This document shows positions 1 to 14,477 of a stretch of DNA of 64,000 nt, in pieces (position 1 is the first letter of the stretch; every line of letters starts with the position of its first letter). This DNA is from Iphione sp. A-MEVVRFRX5 (Eukaryota). The notes below the pieces were generated by a model. It searched no databases. It was not told the DNA's origin and was given only the letters and a program-made list of their open reading frames with translations. The position numbers were made by a program, and so were the translations under genes. The DNA lies in NCBI GenBank assembly GCA_976226885.1, contig OZ320315.1:59892001-59956000 (forward strand), in the 5' to 3' direction.

Positions 1-488
1 ATCTTGCCAAGCGCCACTGCCACTAAGGTTTATAGATAGCCGATGCGTGCATCAGTGTCTTTTATTTCCTGCTCCAGTAAATTCTGCGAGTTTAACCTCC
101 GCCCTGGAGGATTTCTTACAATCTGCCTTTAGTCCGCACGTATATTAGTGTCCCGGTCCATAGTGTATCTAGTCCTGACGTGTGCAAACTTGGCTGCCGG
201 TGTTTTACTTCATGCAATTAGTAGATAACATGAAATGGACTGAAATTGTTTAATGCCTGTAGTGTACTTATAGGCTATCCCTACGTAAACAACTGTTTAA
301 GCAGCTAACTATTAACTCCGACCCACGCAAGACGCTGTTTTCAGCGAGGAGGAGAAAGGTAATGGCACCAAGTGATAGAGGTTCGTGTTTCAGCTCAGTT
401 TTGCGTCAGCCATCTCGTCATATGCTGTCATTTCCTTACAACCAGTAGATTCCCTCCCTCCGTCCCTCCCTGTCTCTATGCCTATCTT

Positions 489-693
489 NNNNNNNNNNNN
501 NNNNNNNNNNNNNNNNNNNNNNNNNNNNNNNNNNNNNNNNNNNNNNNNNNNNNNNNNNNNNNNNNNNNNNNNNNNNNNNNNNNNNNNNNNNNNNNNNNNN
601 NNNNNNNNNNNNNNNNNNNNNNNNNNNNNNNNNNNNNNNNNNNNNNNNNNNNNNNNNNNNNNNNNNNNNNNNNNNNNNNNNNNNNNNNNNNNN
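489..693. other. Assembly gap (205 N)
   Basis: Run of N. Confidence 0.99.
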
Positions 694-3600
694 CAGTTAC
701 ATCGTTGAGTGTTAGATATCAGGCTCGAAGCGTTTTCGTTTTAATTGTAAATTTTTATGTGAGATTTTTACTACCAGGATTCGCCGCCGATGCCTTCATC
801 TCCCCGACTGCTGCTTTTATTAGCGCCCAGCTCTATTCCAGCAGAGGCAGTCACCAGTTCTGTCACCAACGGCCGCATGGGATTGTCGGGGGAGGGGGAG
901 GCGGGCCTCATATTGCAGACTGATGTTCTCACGCAGCTTTTGCGGCCTTTTAAGGACTTTCCTGGATTTATTTAAGATGGGCTACAGCCCGCCTCAGACC
1001 GACCGAAAAGAGCCAGAACTAACGCGAGGAAGGCCATCACTAAGTTTCTTTTAGGAAGGACATGATACCTCGAATGGCGATGGTGCTTCCTTTGTGGCGC
1101 AAAATCGTGAGGTGAAAGGACTCTTGGAGAGCAATAATCCGGCTCTCTCAAACAAGAGTGACCATCATATCACCCACAAAGCATCAGTCAGGAAAGACCG
1201 GAATGGCAGGTTTCCGTGGTGGAATTGGCCATCTTTCAGAGGGCAGCTAATTAACTTTGTTACCCAAACTGGTTTTCTTTTGCTAACTTGTATGTAGAGA
1301 ATATATTGTCTAGGGGCATATATGCGCATTTATCAAGTTAATTAACCAAAGTAGTTTTCCTATAGATTCTATATTTGAATAAATGGAGTATTCTATATTT
1401 GAATGAATGCAGTATAAATACTCCATTCATTAAAATATAGAGCCTGTAGGAGCACTACCTTGGTTAAATAGCCTGATAAATAAATTGACATTATCGCCCA
1501 GGAAACCAGTGAAATAGCAGCTTGGACTGGCTAAGCCCTGGAAGGTAATCGCAGCTTGATAGCTATACATGGCTCCCCTGTTACAAAGATCATCTGTTAG
1601 GAGGCAACAGCCCGGCATATGATCCATCAGGCGCTCATTAAAGATTACTAAAAAGGAGTCTGTCTATTAAATTATTTGGGAAGCTCGAGGTAGACAGAGC
1701 AACCAATTACAGTTCTGCGCTAACGTGTTATCTGAACACAGTTCAGAAATAAATGTACTGCTCCTGTACGTGTAGTAGAAAGTTAGCATTGTTCATTTAT
1801 AGTCTGCAAAAAGTAATAAACATGTCTCCATCTCTATAGGCAGTGGCCAGTGTGAAGAAGTATTCTTGGAGATAAGCTATTCTCCTATTAACTTCCTACC
1901 TAAAAGGAAGTATTTCCATTGGTACTACTCTTCCATGTAAATAATTTTGCTCACGATTGTGAGGTTACAGAATTTACGGAATTTAGCCCCAATCTGTGGA
2001 TCAGCAAAGAGGTGTTACACTCACCTCTACCGCAAACAGTGTATGGAGGAAAATTTTAAAAATCAAGGTTAATCCGTGCATTACAGGATGGTAGTTCTCT
2101 AACGCCAGTAATCGTATTTTTCAGAGAAATTTGGAACAGGACGATCATAGCTCCTTTTCTTTTGAGAATCTATCGCTCTGAGGAACGCTTATTTATGAAA
2201 TACTACAGTTGAATTCCTTAGCTTGCGTGCGTCATCGATAATAGCCTTCCGGCTTTGCATGCTGCCCTGCAGACCTTGCGTGAAAGAAGTACAGGTAGGA
2301 AGCTGTAACGCACTACCTGAGTGCCACCAGCATGCTGTCTGGTAGTTCGTGTATCTGTTGGGAGGGCACGACACAACAGATCAGCAGGACTCGTCAAGGA
2401 ATGCCGTAAGGCAGCCACGGTTCGACGTTACTACCACCGCACATATATATGTACCCCTGACATCTTCATACATGTGCTCATATGGCATATTGTAATCATC
2501 GGAAAATTCGCAATCACGACATATGCCCCCACTTATTTCCTTGTTCGGAAGTTTCAGATACCTAAAGCCAGTTCCGTGTCACATTTCGTATGGGTTCCGG
2601 GAAATCTTCATACATGTATGTGTATGTTTTTCCTTCAACTTGCTTCTGCAGTTGGATATTCTTGCACCTGTCGACTGGCAAACAGCAGACTGGCGGGCCC
2701 GCAGACATTCCATACGGACATCTTAATTTTTCAATGTGGGTTTTTATAGCAATGAATAGGTGATAGAAACATAGTGGATTGCCATTGTCTATGCTTCGGG
2801 TAACCTATCATTTTAAGGCTGCATTCCAATGTATCCATGGCGTATTCACACAACCACTGGGCGTTGTGTGCATTTTCTCCCAGCATTTGACCTATCCAGC
2901 CTAAAACTTATCATTGCTGTCTTAGGGATAACGCATGGTGGACCAAAACTGCAGGTAGTCTTGCAAAGAATTGACAAATCTGCGTCATGGATGGCTCATG
3001 ATACCTACATGGTCATTAGACAGTACACAGCAACGAATTCAAATATTGATGCACGATGCATGACGCATTGCAAAGATGCGTTACAGATACATAAACACCA
3101 GGCCTGGTGCACTACCCCAGGCCCTACGTCGCAGTCTGAGTGGTATAGTTTTGAATGAAGTGTTGTCTTTCACAAGGTACATGTACGTGTACTGTCTTCA
3201 AGCATACATTCCCTGTAGAGAGTCAAAAGGACATGCCTCAGTGACGGCTTAAACAGGAACCCCACCTTTTCAGTCAACACACACACTCAAAGACAGGACA
3301 GCATTTCTGTTAAATTAATTTTCCGGGTGCCTCCTATCCATCCAATCTGTCAAAGAAAATACATGTATAATAGACAATATAGGCAATATTTTATTCACAT
3401 CTCCGCTGTTCACAGAGGTCGTCCAGTGAATTAAGAGTGGTTCGTCAGAATTGTGCAAGAGATGGTGTCAATGTTCACATACGCTACTGAAAATTTCAGA
3501 TAGTATCCTTGCTTTGATGCAGTCAGGCCAACATAATACATAAAGAAAACAGCAAGACAGACTCCTGCATGCACAGAAGAACACTCGTCGAGCAGTTCTC

Positions 3601-6600
3601 TTTCTATCGCAACGTTCACCGTAGCACCACGAGAAGCATACGTAGGGCGGGTGCGCGCACACTACCACACATTTGCGCTGCCGAAGCCACTCATACAGGG
3701 GGCCACACGCCCCGCCGACCTACCCCGTCAACCCTATACAGTCGGACCAGGCCTACCAGGCCGGGACCCAGGCTGCTTCTCTTTCATCGCGCGTGCGCCG
3801 AGTGATTTCAAGCGTTTGCTGAAAAAACCGCCGCGCTGAGTACGCCATGATGAATGCTGAATGGTCGTGATTGGCGGCCGCTGTTGACGTTCCCAGGCAG
3901 TGGGCCGGCTGTCAGAGCCTGTCTCCCGATGGCAACCGGGGGGTCCTCCGCGCCCCTGAAATCCCCCCCCCTCCCCTTTTACCCAACCTACCGCTAGTTT
4001 GAAAGGGCCTGACGTCAAACGTGTTGTCATATGGTGATAGCTGCATGCTATAAGGACGGGCGTATATGCTCTGTGGAATACACGTTCACGTTCATGTATA
4101 AGCGAGAGACATAGATAGACAGACAGACAGGTACAGACAGACAGGGTCATACAGACAAAGAGAAACATAAATACATGCGGAAACTGTCATCCCAACCAGA
4201 CGAGAGTACAGATTAGAGACAGAATAACAATCGACATAAGTCAAGTGCAAGGAACATTACGTTCCCACGAACAAAATACTTCGAAGAACAGATCATTCCT
4301 CCAAATATTCTACTTTTGTAGCGTTTCGTACATAAGTGAATAATATATCAAGACATATATCAACACGGCTTAGTGCTGAATATCCTAATCTTGGGTGTTT
4401 AGTGTGATGTTGGGCCAATGTATTTGGCTACATGTTTAAAAGAATAACTGTTCCCTGTTATAAGTCATCGCAGTGGGTGATATAGAAGTTAGTCAAAGAG
4501 AACGTTATAAATTTTCAAAGGGATTTGGACACTTGACAACTAGACAGGTTGGAATAACCAAAAAGGATCCAGAAGTTTCAGGGAAAAGGATTAGCGGCAG
4601 AACCCTATAGAATATAATGAGTAATACAACGAAGACGATAGAAAAATGCGTCCATTGCCCCTGTGGGGTAGGTTCTTGACCCCCTGAATCCGAAGAAGTA
4701 GGAGGCGCCTCCCTCGGTATGTTACTGACTCAAACACATGCCTTCCTGCAGCCACTTACATACACATGCGCGGTGAGTGCAGTGAGCGTCTTTTTAATGT
4801 GTTAAAAGGGCGAAGGTCCACCCAGAATGACCGCCTTGGGCGTGTATGGACACAGTCCTGATGACCTTTCATTAAGGATAGTTCTGAAACGAATATGGTG
4901 CTTATAGGTGTGAAGTGCTCCTGCTCCGTCGACAGCCTGCCCTGCCAATAACAACCACCTGGCATGAACCTCGTCCATCGACTCTTCATCCCTGCTTGCG
5001 TGCGCCCTGTGTCTGTCCCATTTTGCTTCTCTACCTCCTGCCTGTCTTGCTTCCTGCCTGTCCACCAGAGTGTTATTTGTCTGTGTACCACTGACAGACA
5101 ATCCGTCCATCATTCCTTCCATTGCTTCTACCTTACGCAGGGGAACGTCTTGACATCAGTACCCGTCAGCCTTTCGCTCGTTCCGTTATATTTGTGCCAT
5201 CCACTCGTTCTCCTCGCTGTCCCCACCACCTGCCTTGATCTACGGCGAAACACATCACAAGAGAAAAAACTTAGATTGGGAAACGTTTCCGCTTGAATAG
5301 GTGGCGAGATGCCGCGGTGCTGTGAGCGACACGAAAGCTGCCGAATTTATTATGTCAAGCTTGGGTGCCAACTTGATAAGACACGCGGTGAAGCGGGCAT
5401 ATGCCACATTAATGCTGCATGCACCTCTCTCCATGGTTATCTACCTCACCTCATCATCTCTCCTTTCCTCCGACCAGACGTTCAGGTGCGGTTGTGAATA
5501 ATTCAGTCGGTGCGCGTTCCCGGCGTTAATAAAGTAATCTGTATGGAAACCACGCGATCTGTGTACTGGAAAGTCGACTTGCTTCTCGTCTAGCTTCCAC
5601 TTTGACTGAAAAAAGTCAATTATAATAACAAATGTATCGCCATTGCTGTAAACGGTTAGAAATGGAAGTTTCATAGTCGCAGCGTTAAGATGCACAGCCA
5701 CGTTCTCTTTCAGTGTGATATGTTTATGTGCCAATCGCCATCACTCACTGTGTTCTGTCAAAAATATGCCATTTTCCCTCCTTAGATAACGCATCAAGCT
5801 TCAACGGCGCCTTCGGCATAGGACCTGTTTGCCGATACATTATGAAGGCGTGTAACCTTGGTTTCCATGTTTCGTGTCGATGACGTTAATTCGACTTTCC
5901 TACGTACAGCCGAGTTTGGGTTTCATTCGTACGTTGTATTGACTTTACATTGTTTTACTTGTATCGGAACGTAAACGGCTAGTGTACCTTGGTCCTTTAC
6001 ATTGAAATTATATATGAGAGAGTGTGGTGCTTGTAATGCGATCGTTCCTTGTGTCAGTTTTAGGCTATCAAATTATAGATAGTGCACTGAGTATTAAGTA
6101 ACCGAACACCAAGCCACATATGGCCTCCCTGCACATAAGCTATACGACGGCCAATATAGCCAGGCCCACATTGTGCTTGCATGGCTTTTGGATAAAAAGC
6201 ACTATTGTAGGTTCTACACGCTCCTATGTTCGCGTGCTCACGTGCCTTTCACACAGTCTCTGGTTTCTTTCAAGTCCAAGAGTGGTTAGGACTGTGATAC
6301 GCAGCGTAACACCACCAGCGGTTAAGCGGGTGCAGGCAGTTGAGTCGGCGATAGCTCGGTTCTGATGTGCGCGTCGGGATCCAAGAGAAAGACTCGCCCG
6401 TACCGCCCTGGGACGCCGCTGCCCGTCGCCTCTCATCGGTGTGGGTGCCAGTCGGCGGCGCTCGCCGCTCGGCGCGCCCTCTATCGTGAAGCCTTGCCGG
6501 GGAACCGCGTCTTTCCGGGACGCGCGTCAACTGCCATGGAGTGGGTGGGTAGGTGGATGGGTGAGGATTTGGAAGGCTTGTCGGCCACCCGACCGTCCAG

Positions 6601-8875
6601 CTGACAGCAGCTTTGTTAGTGGGGTGGGGGTGGGGGGTGCTCTGAAAGTTGGTGGGGGGGGGGGGCGAGTCGCTGGTTGTCGGTCACCAGACTTGGGTAG
6701 TTGGAGTGAACCTTTCGGTAGAATTGTTCATCGTTGTCACTTTGCTGAGGCTCAGTCCCGATCCCCTTCGTACGGTGCCCATAGATCGTTAGCTTTAATT
6801 TAATTACAGATCTGCTGTGATTTGGAAAACGCCAATTAAATGGCAATAATGGATAGTGAAGTCACTTTGATGTGCAAAGGATCATTACGAAGCTTCTTAG
6901 TTCGTAGTGCGCAAACATAAAAATGTACGTGCGGTTTTGACCCAGTACGTTGCCTTTGACTAGCAAATTTAGTTAAATCAAAATCTATAACGTTAACTCC
7001 ACAACCAATGAGAACTTCTTTACAGCACGCCATGCGACTATATACAGGCTGTTCTCGTAATGACGGAAAAAGTTAAACAGTGTATGGGTAAGAATGTGGA
7101 GCGAAACTTCTTTCATAATGTTCAGTATGATATACTATAACACGAGCCTGGTATTAACGGACTGCGATCCAGAAGATGCTGATGGAATAAAGAATGTCCA
7201 CACAGAGAAATCTGGTTCACTCCAAGCGTAGAATCCGGCTCTCAAAGTCTAGGTAGAGAGTGTCTGTTTGTTCAGCAACATATCACACCTTATACACAGT
7301 GACGGTTATACTTGTTTACACTAGTTGTAAAAGATGCTGTGCAATGCCTGTTCCAGAAACATTACTAGAGTACTGGATCACAAATACAGGAACTGTAATA
7401 TTGAACCAAATTCAGGAGCCTAGAATTGTTTGCTTATGAAAACATCCCTCCTTTCCATCATTTCTTTCCTCCTGCTTCCAATCATCTCTCTCCCCTTTTC
7501 TCTTCCCTCTTTCTCTCTCAGCATCTCTGCATCTTTGTTTGCTTTCTTGTCTCTCAGATGTTTCTCTATCTGACCACAGCATGCCCTGGCGTAGCTGCTC
7601 CTCTCACGATCATATACATGTACTTCCAACATTATCATTATTCAGTATTTATTCACGGAGAGTTTTTAATATGCCTGTTTGTGTTAACCTGCGTTTTGGA
7701 ATAAAACCAGTTGAGACCCTGTTCATACACAGCACATTTATTTAGAGGAGTCTGTGTAGTTCGGGACCACCTATGTGATCTTTCTCGTCAGTTGATAGTA
7801 ATGAGAGAATCTCAGGGCTTTTTTCGAGGACTTGGGACTCAAGAAGTTTCCCTCAGAGACTTGCAGTTGCTGCCAAAGATGATGGAGTACCTCTGAGTAA
7901 CAGCCAAATAAGCAGGAAGTACATGCTGGCCACACCACTGCGGTTGAAGTGGTATATTACTGGCGAATATCCTAGCGGAGTTGTGCAGTCCTTATAAGAT
8001 TGTGCTAGTCGAGGGGGTAAATTATGAAATTATAGCTTGTGCAGATGAGGTCTGCTGGGAGAGGACTATGTAACAGGTGTCTGGAAATGTGCGGCAGGAT
8101 GATGAGTAGCTCGTTAAATCCCCAGTGGGGGACCAGGCTTAAGTGCTGGCCCACCTGGATCAGGTGAGCCAAGACCAGGAAGGCAGCAGGTCCTTCACAA
8201 ATACGAACCGTCTCAGGAAAACACAGACGTAAGTGATTTCAATGTATTACGTCTCTCCATTGCATTTTCTTCTCGATTCCGCTACGAAATATACGGACCT
8301 TTTGGTCTAATCATCAGCTTGTCTGCTTATTCTCACTGTACTTTCTGTTCCAGTCAGAAACGCGCTGATTCGGCCACAGAATGCACGCACACCATATTCA
8401 CGAAAGTGGAGGTGTACCTACATGTATATTGGACCCGTAATAACGAAACCCCTTCTTGAAGCAGTCACACTTTTCAATACTTATTTCTTTATGATTAAGG
8501 TATACTTTTCAATACATGTACAAAGAAGACTAATTTCAGATCAAAGTTGAGGATGTTCAATGTAAAAAAAATGCTTCTGTTAACAAAGCTTTCATATAAG
8601 CAGTGATATCTTTAAAGGAATCTACTTCGTTAAGAGATGTGAAGACATATAGATGTGGAGTGCTTTGAATCCATGCCTGTAACGTGTAAAAACCAGTTAG
8701 ACGTGACCGTCTTGACAATCCTTCCTTTTTCATCCAATAGCGCACACAGTCCACGTAGTTTGTATGATATTCTCAATGGAAACGATCGCAGCCTCTGAAC
8801 TAAACAAACATGACTAAATTATCTAGATATCTCTTCCCCTAAATTGCATGTATGGACTTTATATTTTATTTTTAT

Positions 8876-9485
8876 ATATTGGTCACCACCTACCACCCGA
8901 CATTCAATAATTTGGAGCGAATAGTACAAAAACATTGGCCAATCTTAGCCTATTCTGGTGCAACAAGACATATACACAATACCAAATTGATAACAGGCCT
9001 AAGAAGACCAAAAAACCTCAAAGACCACTTAGTTAGAGCTTGGCCATCTCAGGACAGAAATCCAAGAAGTGTGAATAAACCAACTGTAGGTATTGTCTTA
9101 GACTCAACATTAGTGGCAGAATCACCTCAACATCCACTGGGGGACAATATACCAGCACATACAACATAACGTGTGACAGTTCAAATATATTCTATTACCT
9201 ACAGTGCAAACGATGTGGCAAACAATATGTTGGCCAAACCAAAAGACGCCTGAAAGAAAGATTCCAAGGACATTTCTACAACATCACAAAAAGAAAGACT
9301 AACACAGACATTGGGTCACACTTCAATGAAGGTGACCACTCGGGCTTGGATTGTGTAGAAATCTATATAGTAGACTTCATACATAGCAATCCAGAAAGCC
9401 ACCACGCGATACAACTCAAAAATTGAACACAACTGGATTCATAGATTAAGATTACGAATCCCATATGGATTGTACCTGATAGACA
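8876..9485 (+). mobile_element. Penelope-like element remnant: end of RT region plus GIY-YIG endonuclease, frameshifted
   Basis: Three frames join to give LVTTYHPTFNNLERIVQKHWPIL..RRPKNLKDHLVRA, then NCRYCLRLNISGRITSTSTGGQY..CDSSNIFYYLQCKRCGKQYVGQTKRRLKERFQGH..HFN..IYIVDFIH, then IEHNWIHRLR..PYGL. These are the typical motifs of the PLE GIY-YIG domain. Frameshifts near 9080 and 9420. Confidence 0.9.
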
Positions 9486-9713
9486 CGCCAATCCATCAAT
9501 GAACTCGTAGCAAAGGATCAGCAAAGCCCAGGGGGTGTGGCCCCTATTGCCTCATCCAAAAGTTTTATTGTTACAGTGACCACACCCCTATCCATGCTAG
9601 ACCCCAGATATTGTCCAAAAGAGACAATATAAAGCTAGAATGAACCACAACCTCACCCCAACAGGGGAAACATAATATCAACTACAGATGAATACCTTGA
9701 ACAAGCTGACACA

Positions 9714-9753
9714 TGATGCCTGAAGAGCCAAACTAGGCGAAACCTTGATATCT
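9714..9753 (+). ncRNA. Degenerate hammerhead ribozyme core downstream of the PLE remnant
   Basis: CTGAAGA (9720-9726), stem II GCC-aaacta-GGC, GAAAC (9739-9743). No clean stem III or cleavage triplet follows. Confidence 0.55.
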
Positions 9754-12700
9754 AATTCCTCAAAATAGGAAATGCGCTTATCACAATTACCTAAATTGAA
9801 ACTTAATGTATTAGATGAAAAACTGGTAAAATACCAAATAAGGAACTCCTTGTTGATCATCACTAAGGGTAACCATATGTCTAAATGACATCAAAATGCA
9901 AAGAGGTTGATTCACCATGGCAACAGCACTGCAGTGGAACATAGTTCCCACTTTCAAGGTAGCATCCAAGCTTGTCAAACGCATTTCATGCCACGTCCAT
10001 AGTAATTGGACTTTATATTTGCAATAACGCGTAGAACTAATTGCACTGTCAGCGAATCAACACATCTGTGCCCGGCAAGTCGTTCATGGTGTCATTGCTA
10101 GTTGTTCTCGCATGATTATTTGAACTCTTCAGGCCCCCAATGCTGAGCGAAATATAACACGGAAACATTTCGTTTACAACAAGGCATCAGGCCTGTATAT
10201 TGGAATGCAACCAGACGGAAAACATGTACTCCATGACTTCCGGAGTTGGACTTCAAACTCAGTGTGCTTAAAATAACACGGGGAGTGGCGGGGAGGTCTT
10301 TCCATATCTAAGCGCGCTGTAAACTAACTGCCGTTTCCAGAGTTGTCCTGCTGTTTCCTTGTTTCCAGCTGAATTATTTAAATCAGAGTTCCATTCAAAC
10401 TTTATTTGGAAGTCACATCTTTCCAACTTTTAATCCAGCTCCTTCGAAGTACACTGGCCCTAATTGCTTTCAGTGAAGAAGAGGTAAAGACCGAAAGGAG
10501 AATTATTGCTAAGCTATAGTAGTCTAGTTTGTCTCTTAGTCTCAGAAGCTACAGATACTAAAAGAATAGCCCATTTAGCTGGGTGAAAAAATAATAGATA
10601 GCTACCTTTCGATTCGTATAGAGGTTCGTGTGTGCCAGGCTACGTTTTTAGCCCAAGCTACATTTTTGACTTCATATCAGCACAGCTGGAACCATTGAAA
10701 TAAGACCCTGCGATCATATACGTGGCATGGTTCTTTAATAGTAGGTTCTTTTTTTGTCCTCTTTCTAAAATAGAATTTGATATCAGACTAAACTTTATAC
10801 TTTTACTCGGACACTTTAATGTAAAATTGACTGTGCCACCTTTCTACGTGACAGCGTACGAATTTAACTTTATTTCGCCTTGGGATGAAGAGTGCCGGTA
10901 TGTTATCTTGGTTGGCTTTCTACATAAATATTTAACCCGTTATATCGCTTTATCTGTTTGACCGAATTAGGTGCTACATGTAACATTCAGTGACAATATT
11001 ACATTTACATCTACCGAAGCCCATCTCGACTTTGTGCAGCCATTTTCTGTCCTCTACTGATTGTGTTTACAAATGAGGTCCCAGAGGCGTGAAAAAGATG
11101 TTATGCACGGTTTTAGGCAAACCACACACGGTATCTTAATTAAAAAGTTGTCTCTTTTATGTATCACCTGATTTAGAATATTCCTAAGGAAACTGGTTTG
11201 TTTTAGAAACAAATGACAGTGAAGAACAGTGGAAATGATAGCCTGAGTGAAAACATATCACTACCACCATTCTAATTTGACCAGCTAAACAATTGCTCCC
11301 ATTTAATATCAGGGTATAGATTCTTTTTGTAGCTGTTAATATCGTGACCCGGTTGATCGGCCTATTAGCGCAGTGCCTCTAATGTGGCTCTCCTTCCAGT
11401 TTCCTTCCACAGACATGTCTATCCCATTTCCATATCTTTACCTCTGCATATTTTATGCTCCCGCACCCTTTCCAACCTTTCCCACTAACACGTGCATACA
11501 CTTTGCTCGTACAGTCCGACCTTTTCCTATGCCCTCCCCGATTGCTCTTTTCTACCGTCTCCCATGCCATCCATCTTTCCTCCCTCTCTTTTCCCTCAGC
11601 TTCTTCCCACTCATCCTAATTAATCCCATCTACCATCCAATAGCCCCTTCTCCTCCTATTCCATCTCTATTATCCTCCATCTTTCTGCGATCACCTCGTG
11701 TGCCCACGTCGGCAGCTTCCCCCACGCCCACCACCACCACGTGCTTATTCCGCTCTGGTGGTCGGGAGGTTAGGTAGCCATTGTCTCGCCGTTCTTGCCG
11801 ACCGTGCGGATAGTTGAAGGGAACATTCTGCTTATCGTCACACCTAATTTCACCCATCCGTTTGAGGCGAATCTCCACATGCCCCGCCGCAGACCTTACA
11901 CGGGCACCCTCTGTTCCTCCTCGTCCGTCTCGGCGCATCGAGGGCTGCGTACAAGGGTAGGCGGGTAGCATCTATTGCCCATATTAAAAGGAGGGCGCTG
12001 TGTTTCCCGAATGTATGGCTACCGCGTTTTTCGAGGGTAGTGGTGGCTTCAGGTAGAACGACGCACTTGTTTTTTTTAGGGCGACGTAGTTAGTCATTGC
12101 AACTGCATTTATAGGCATTATCTACGTATCTCTCTCAGCATGCCATTTCGCCTTCATCTTGCCCATAGCAAAGTCCAATTTCTTTATACTACTCAGGCTC
12201 CCGAGACCTTAATGAGTAGTAGAGAAAGTAGGGTTTTCTTGACACTTCGACTCGTCTATTGCGGGGTGTCGTGTGTTAAACTGTCTTCAATCCGAATAGG
12301 ACCTGCAGTTCAGAGTTAGATTTTACCTTTGTGAACTTAAATTCATCTAGCAAGAGGATGACGAGGGAACAACAGCCCACTTGGACGAGACTATTAAAAT
12401 CATGGCGAAATAGATTGGAAGGAGGGAATATGAGATACAGTGTACAATGGCCAGATAGATCAATAAACATGCAGACAAGAAAGACTAAGGAGAGACAGAT
12501 AGACAAACATACAAGAGAACAGAAAGCCAAACTCACACCTTGAGTAGCTCTGAAGTTTTGCCGTCTAAACATCTTTGCAAACCTTGAGGTCAGAGTCCAA
12601 AGGCGCACCATTTGGGCTCTATTAGCCCAGTTTTACCTGTCCACTGTGCGTCGCTACCGACGGCCGTCATAAACAGGTCATTTGCACCTGTACGTACGGA

Positions 12701-12942
12701 TAAAATCTCGGAAATGATGACGGTTGTTTCGAGTTTCCATCATAAATAACAGAACAATCCATTCGATGTGACAAAGTTCTTGTAGGTAGGTGTCACAGCA
12801 GGGCGACTTCAATTCACTTCTGCACATCTGTTTCGTATTTTCTCTTCTTCTCCATTATTTTACTAGAGATCTACATAAAGAAGGCCTCTATGATCTGGGA
12901 CTAACAGCGATCCACTATACTAATCACTATACTATGATTACA

Positions 12943-13140
12943 TTCTCCCTGAAATTTGCCGTTTTTTGTGACTTTCTCCTTGAAATTTGCCATTTTTTGA
13001 CACTTTCTCCATGGAATATGCCTTAATCTCCATGAATTTTGCCGTTTTTTGTCACTTTCTCCTTGAAATTTGCCGTTTTAAACACTTTTTCCTTGAAATT
13101 TGTCGTTTTTTGACTCTTTCTCCATGGAATATGCCTCAAT
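12943..13140. repeat. Minisatellite, ~31-bp unit with shorter variant units
   Basis: About 7 units like tttctccttgaaatttgccgttttttgtcac, with two truncated variants (tttctccatggaatatgcct). Confidence 0.9.
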
Positions 13141-14330
13141 CATGCTTTACTATTATGACAGTTTTCCCCACCAGGACACGCATGGTGCTTGGGTCCCCAC
13201 TCCGGAGCCCCTCCCATCCGGACAATTTTTCGCATTCCAGTACCCCTCCGGTTAAGGGGGGCCGACGGTACACCTATAAAACTTTCTACAAATATCATGT
13301 ACATATATAGACTGCACCGTCTGTCAAGAGAAATCAAACAAATACATGTAAAGGTAAATATATAAACGACGCGAAGAAGTTTAGCTGATCGGAATGAAAC
13401 AAAGGCCCTTTGTGGACTGAATCACATTTCATCAGTGATCGACCATTCTAGTTTAGTTTTATTGAAATATGAATACGTTATTAAGCTGGTTGGCAGACCT
13501 GCGGTCATTTGAAGGCAATTTTTCCCCAGCACATTTGAACTACGAGGTCTAATTCTACGAAAGGGCCATAGGTCAAAATTTTGGTCCTAGCTTAACATGA
13601 TCCCATGGTGAGGCAAGTCAAGCATGATATCGATGGGGGATTCGACCAGTTAATGCTGCGTTTTAGGCAGGCTACCTCTTGTGGTTGAGCAGGTAACAGG
13701 AAACCAGGGGCAATTTGTCACAGAGAGAAATGTCCACCTTCATTAAGACTAGTCGCTGGGTCGGTTGCATTATGTAGCATGTTCTCGGAGTGGTCGGCGA
13801 GTGTGATGGTTATGAGGTAGGCACCGAGGTGGAGGCGTAGGTTTGCTTGGGTAGGGTGAGGGTGGGGGTAGGGGTGGATCAGGGTGGATGGGGCCGAGAG
13901 GCCGTCGACTGCCGAGGCTAAACGCTGGTGAACGGCTAGGGTGACCCTCGGCAAAGCTGGGCTGGGTGGGCGTTGGGAGATCGCCAGCGAATGGGTAAGC
14001 CAGGGGGGGGGGGGGCTCTCGTTAGGCCACCGGTTGCTCAGGCCACAGTCGTGGCGGTTAAATAAATGGGCTGTGGGGCGCACCAGTTTCACTGTGATCA
14101 ACCGCAGCGATGCACAAGGCCACACTGCAGAGAGGGCTACATTAGGTTAATTCTATGTAGTTCAAAGCGGAACAGTTTTTCCTTTCTCTTTGTCATTAGT
14201 GTGCTATCTATCTCTGTGTCTTGCTTGATTTCAGGATCATATCCTCGTAAAGTTGCATTTTCTCTTGGCATTGTTCTTTGATGCATGCCAATCTATTTCA
14301 TTCTTCTTTTTCTTCTTCTCTTTAGTTCAC

Positions 14331-14477
14331 ACACTCGGTCACTCATTGATTAGTCAGTCACTCATTCGCTGACTCATTCACTCACTCGCTCGCTCGCTCG
14401 CTCGCTCACTCACTCACTAACTCACTCACTCAAGCACTCACTAACTCACTCACTCAAGCACCCACTAACCTACTCAG
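14331..14477. repeat. Compound (CACT)n/(CGCT)n microsatellite
   Basis: Direct reading. Confidence 0.9.

Noticed and set aside
372-923. Track ORFs spanning N gaps (also 43880-44289 and 51625-51975)
   Set aside because: Open only because N codons hide stops
1440-1900. Faint resemblance to a NACHT/NTPase segment (IAIHGSP..LLNYLGSS..VLR)
   Set aside because: No intact Walker A and roughly one stop per 12 codons
7045-7060. TA-CAGGCTGTTC, resembling a Tc1/mariner terminal repeat
   Set aside because: No matching opposite end or transposase found
8285-8320. Minus-strand CTGATGA with a GACC/GGTC hairpin
   Set aside because: GAAA core absent
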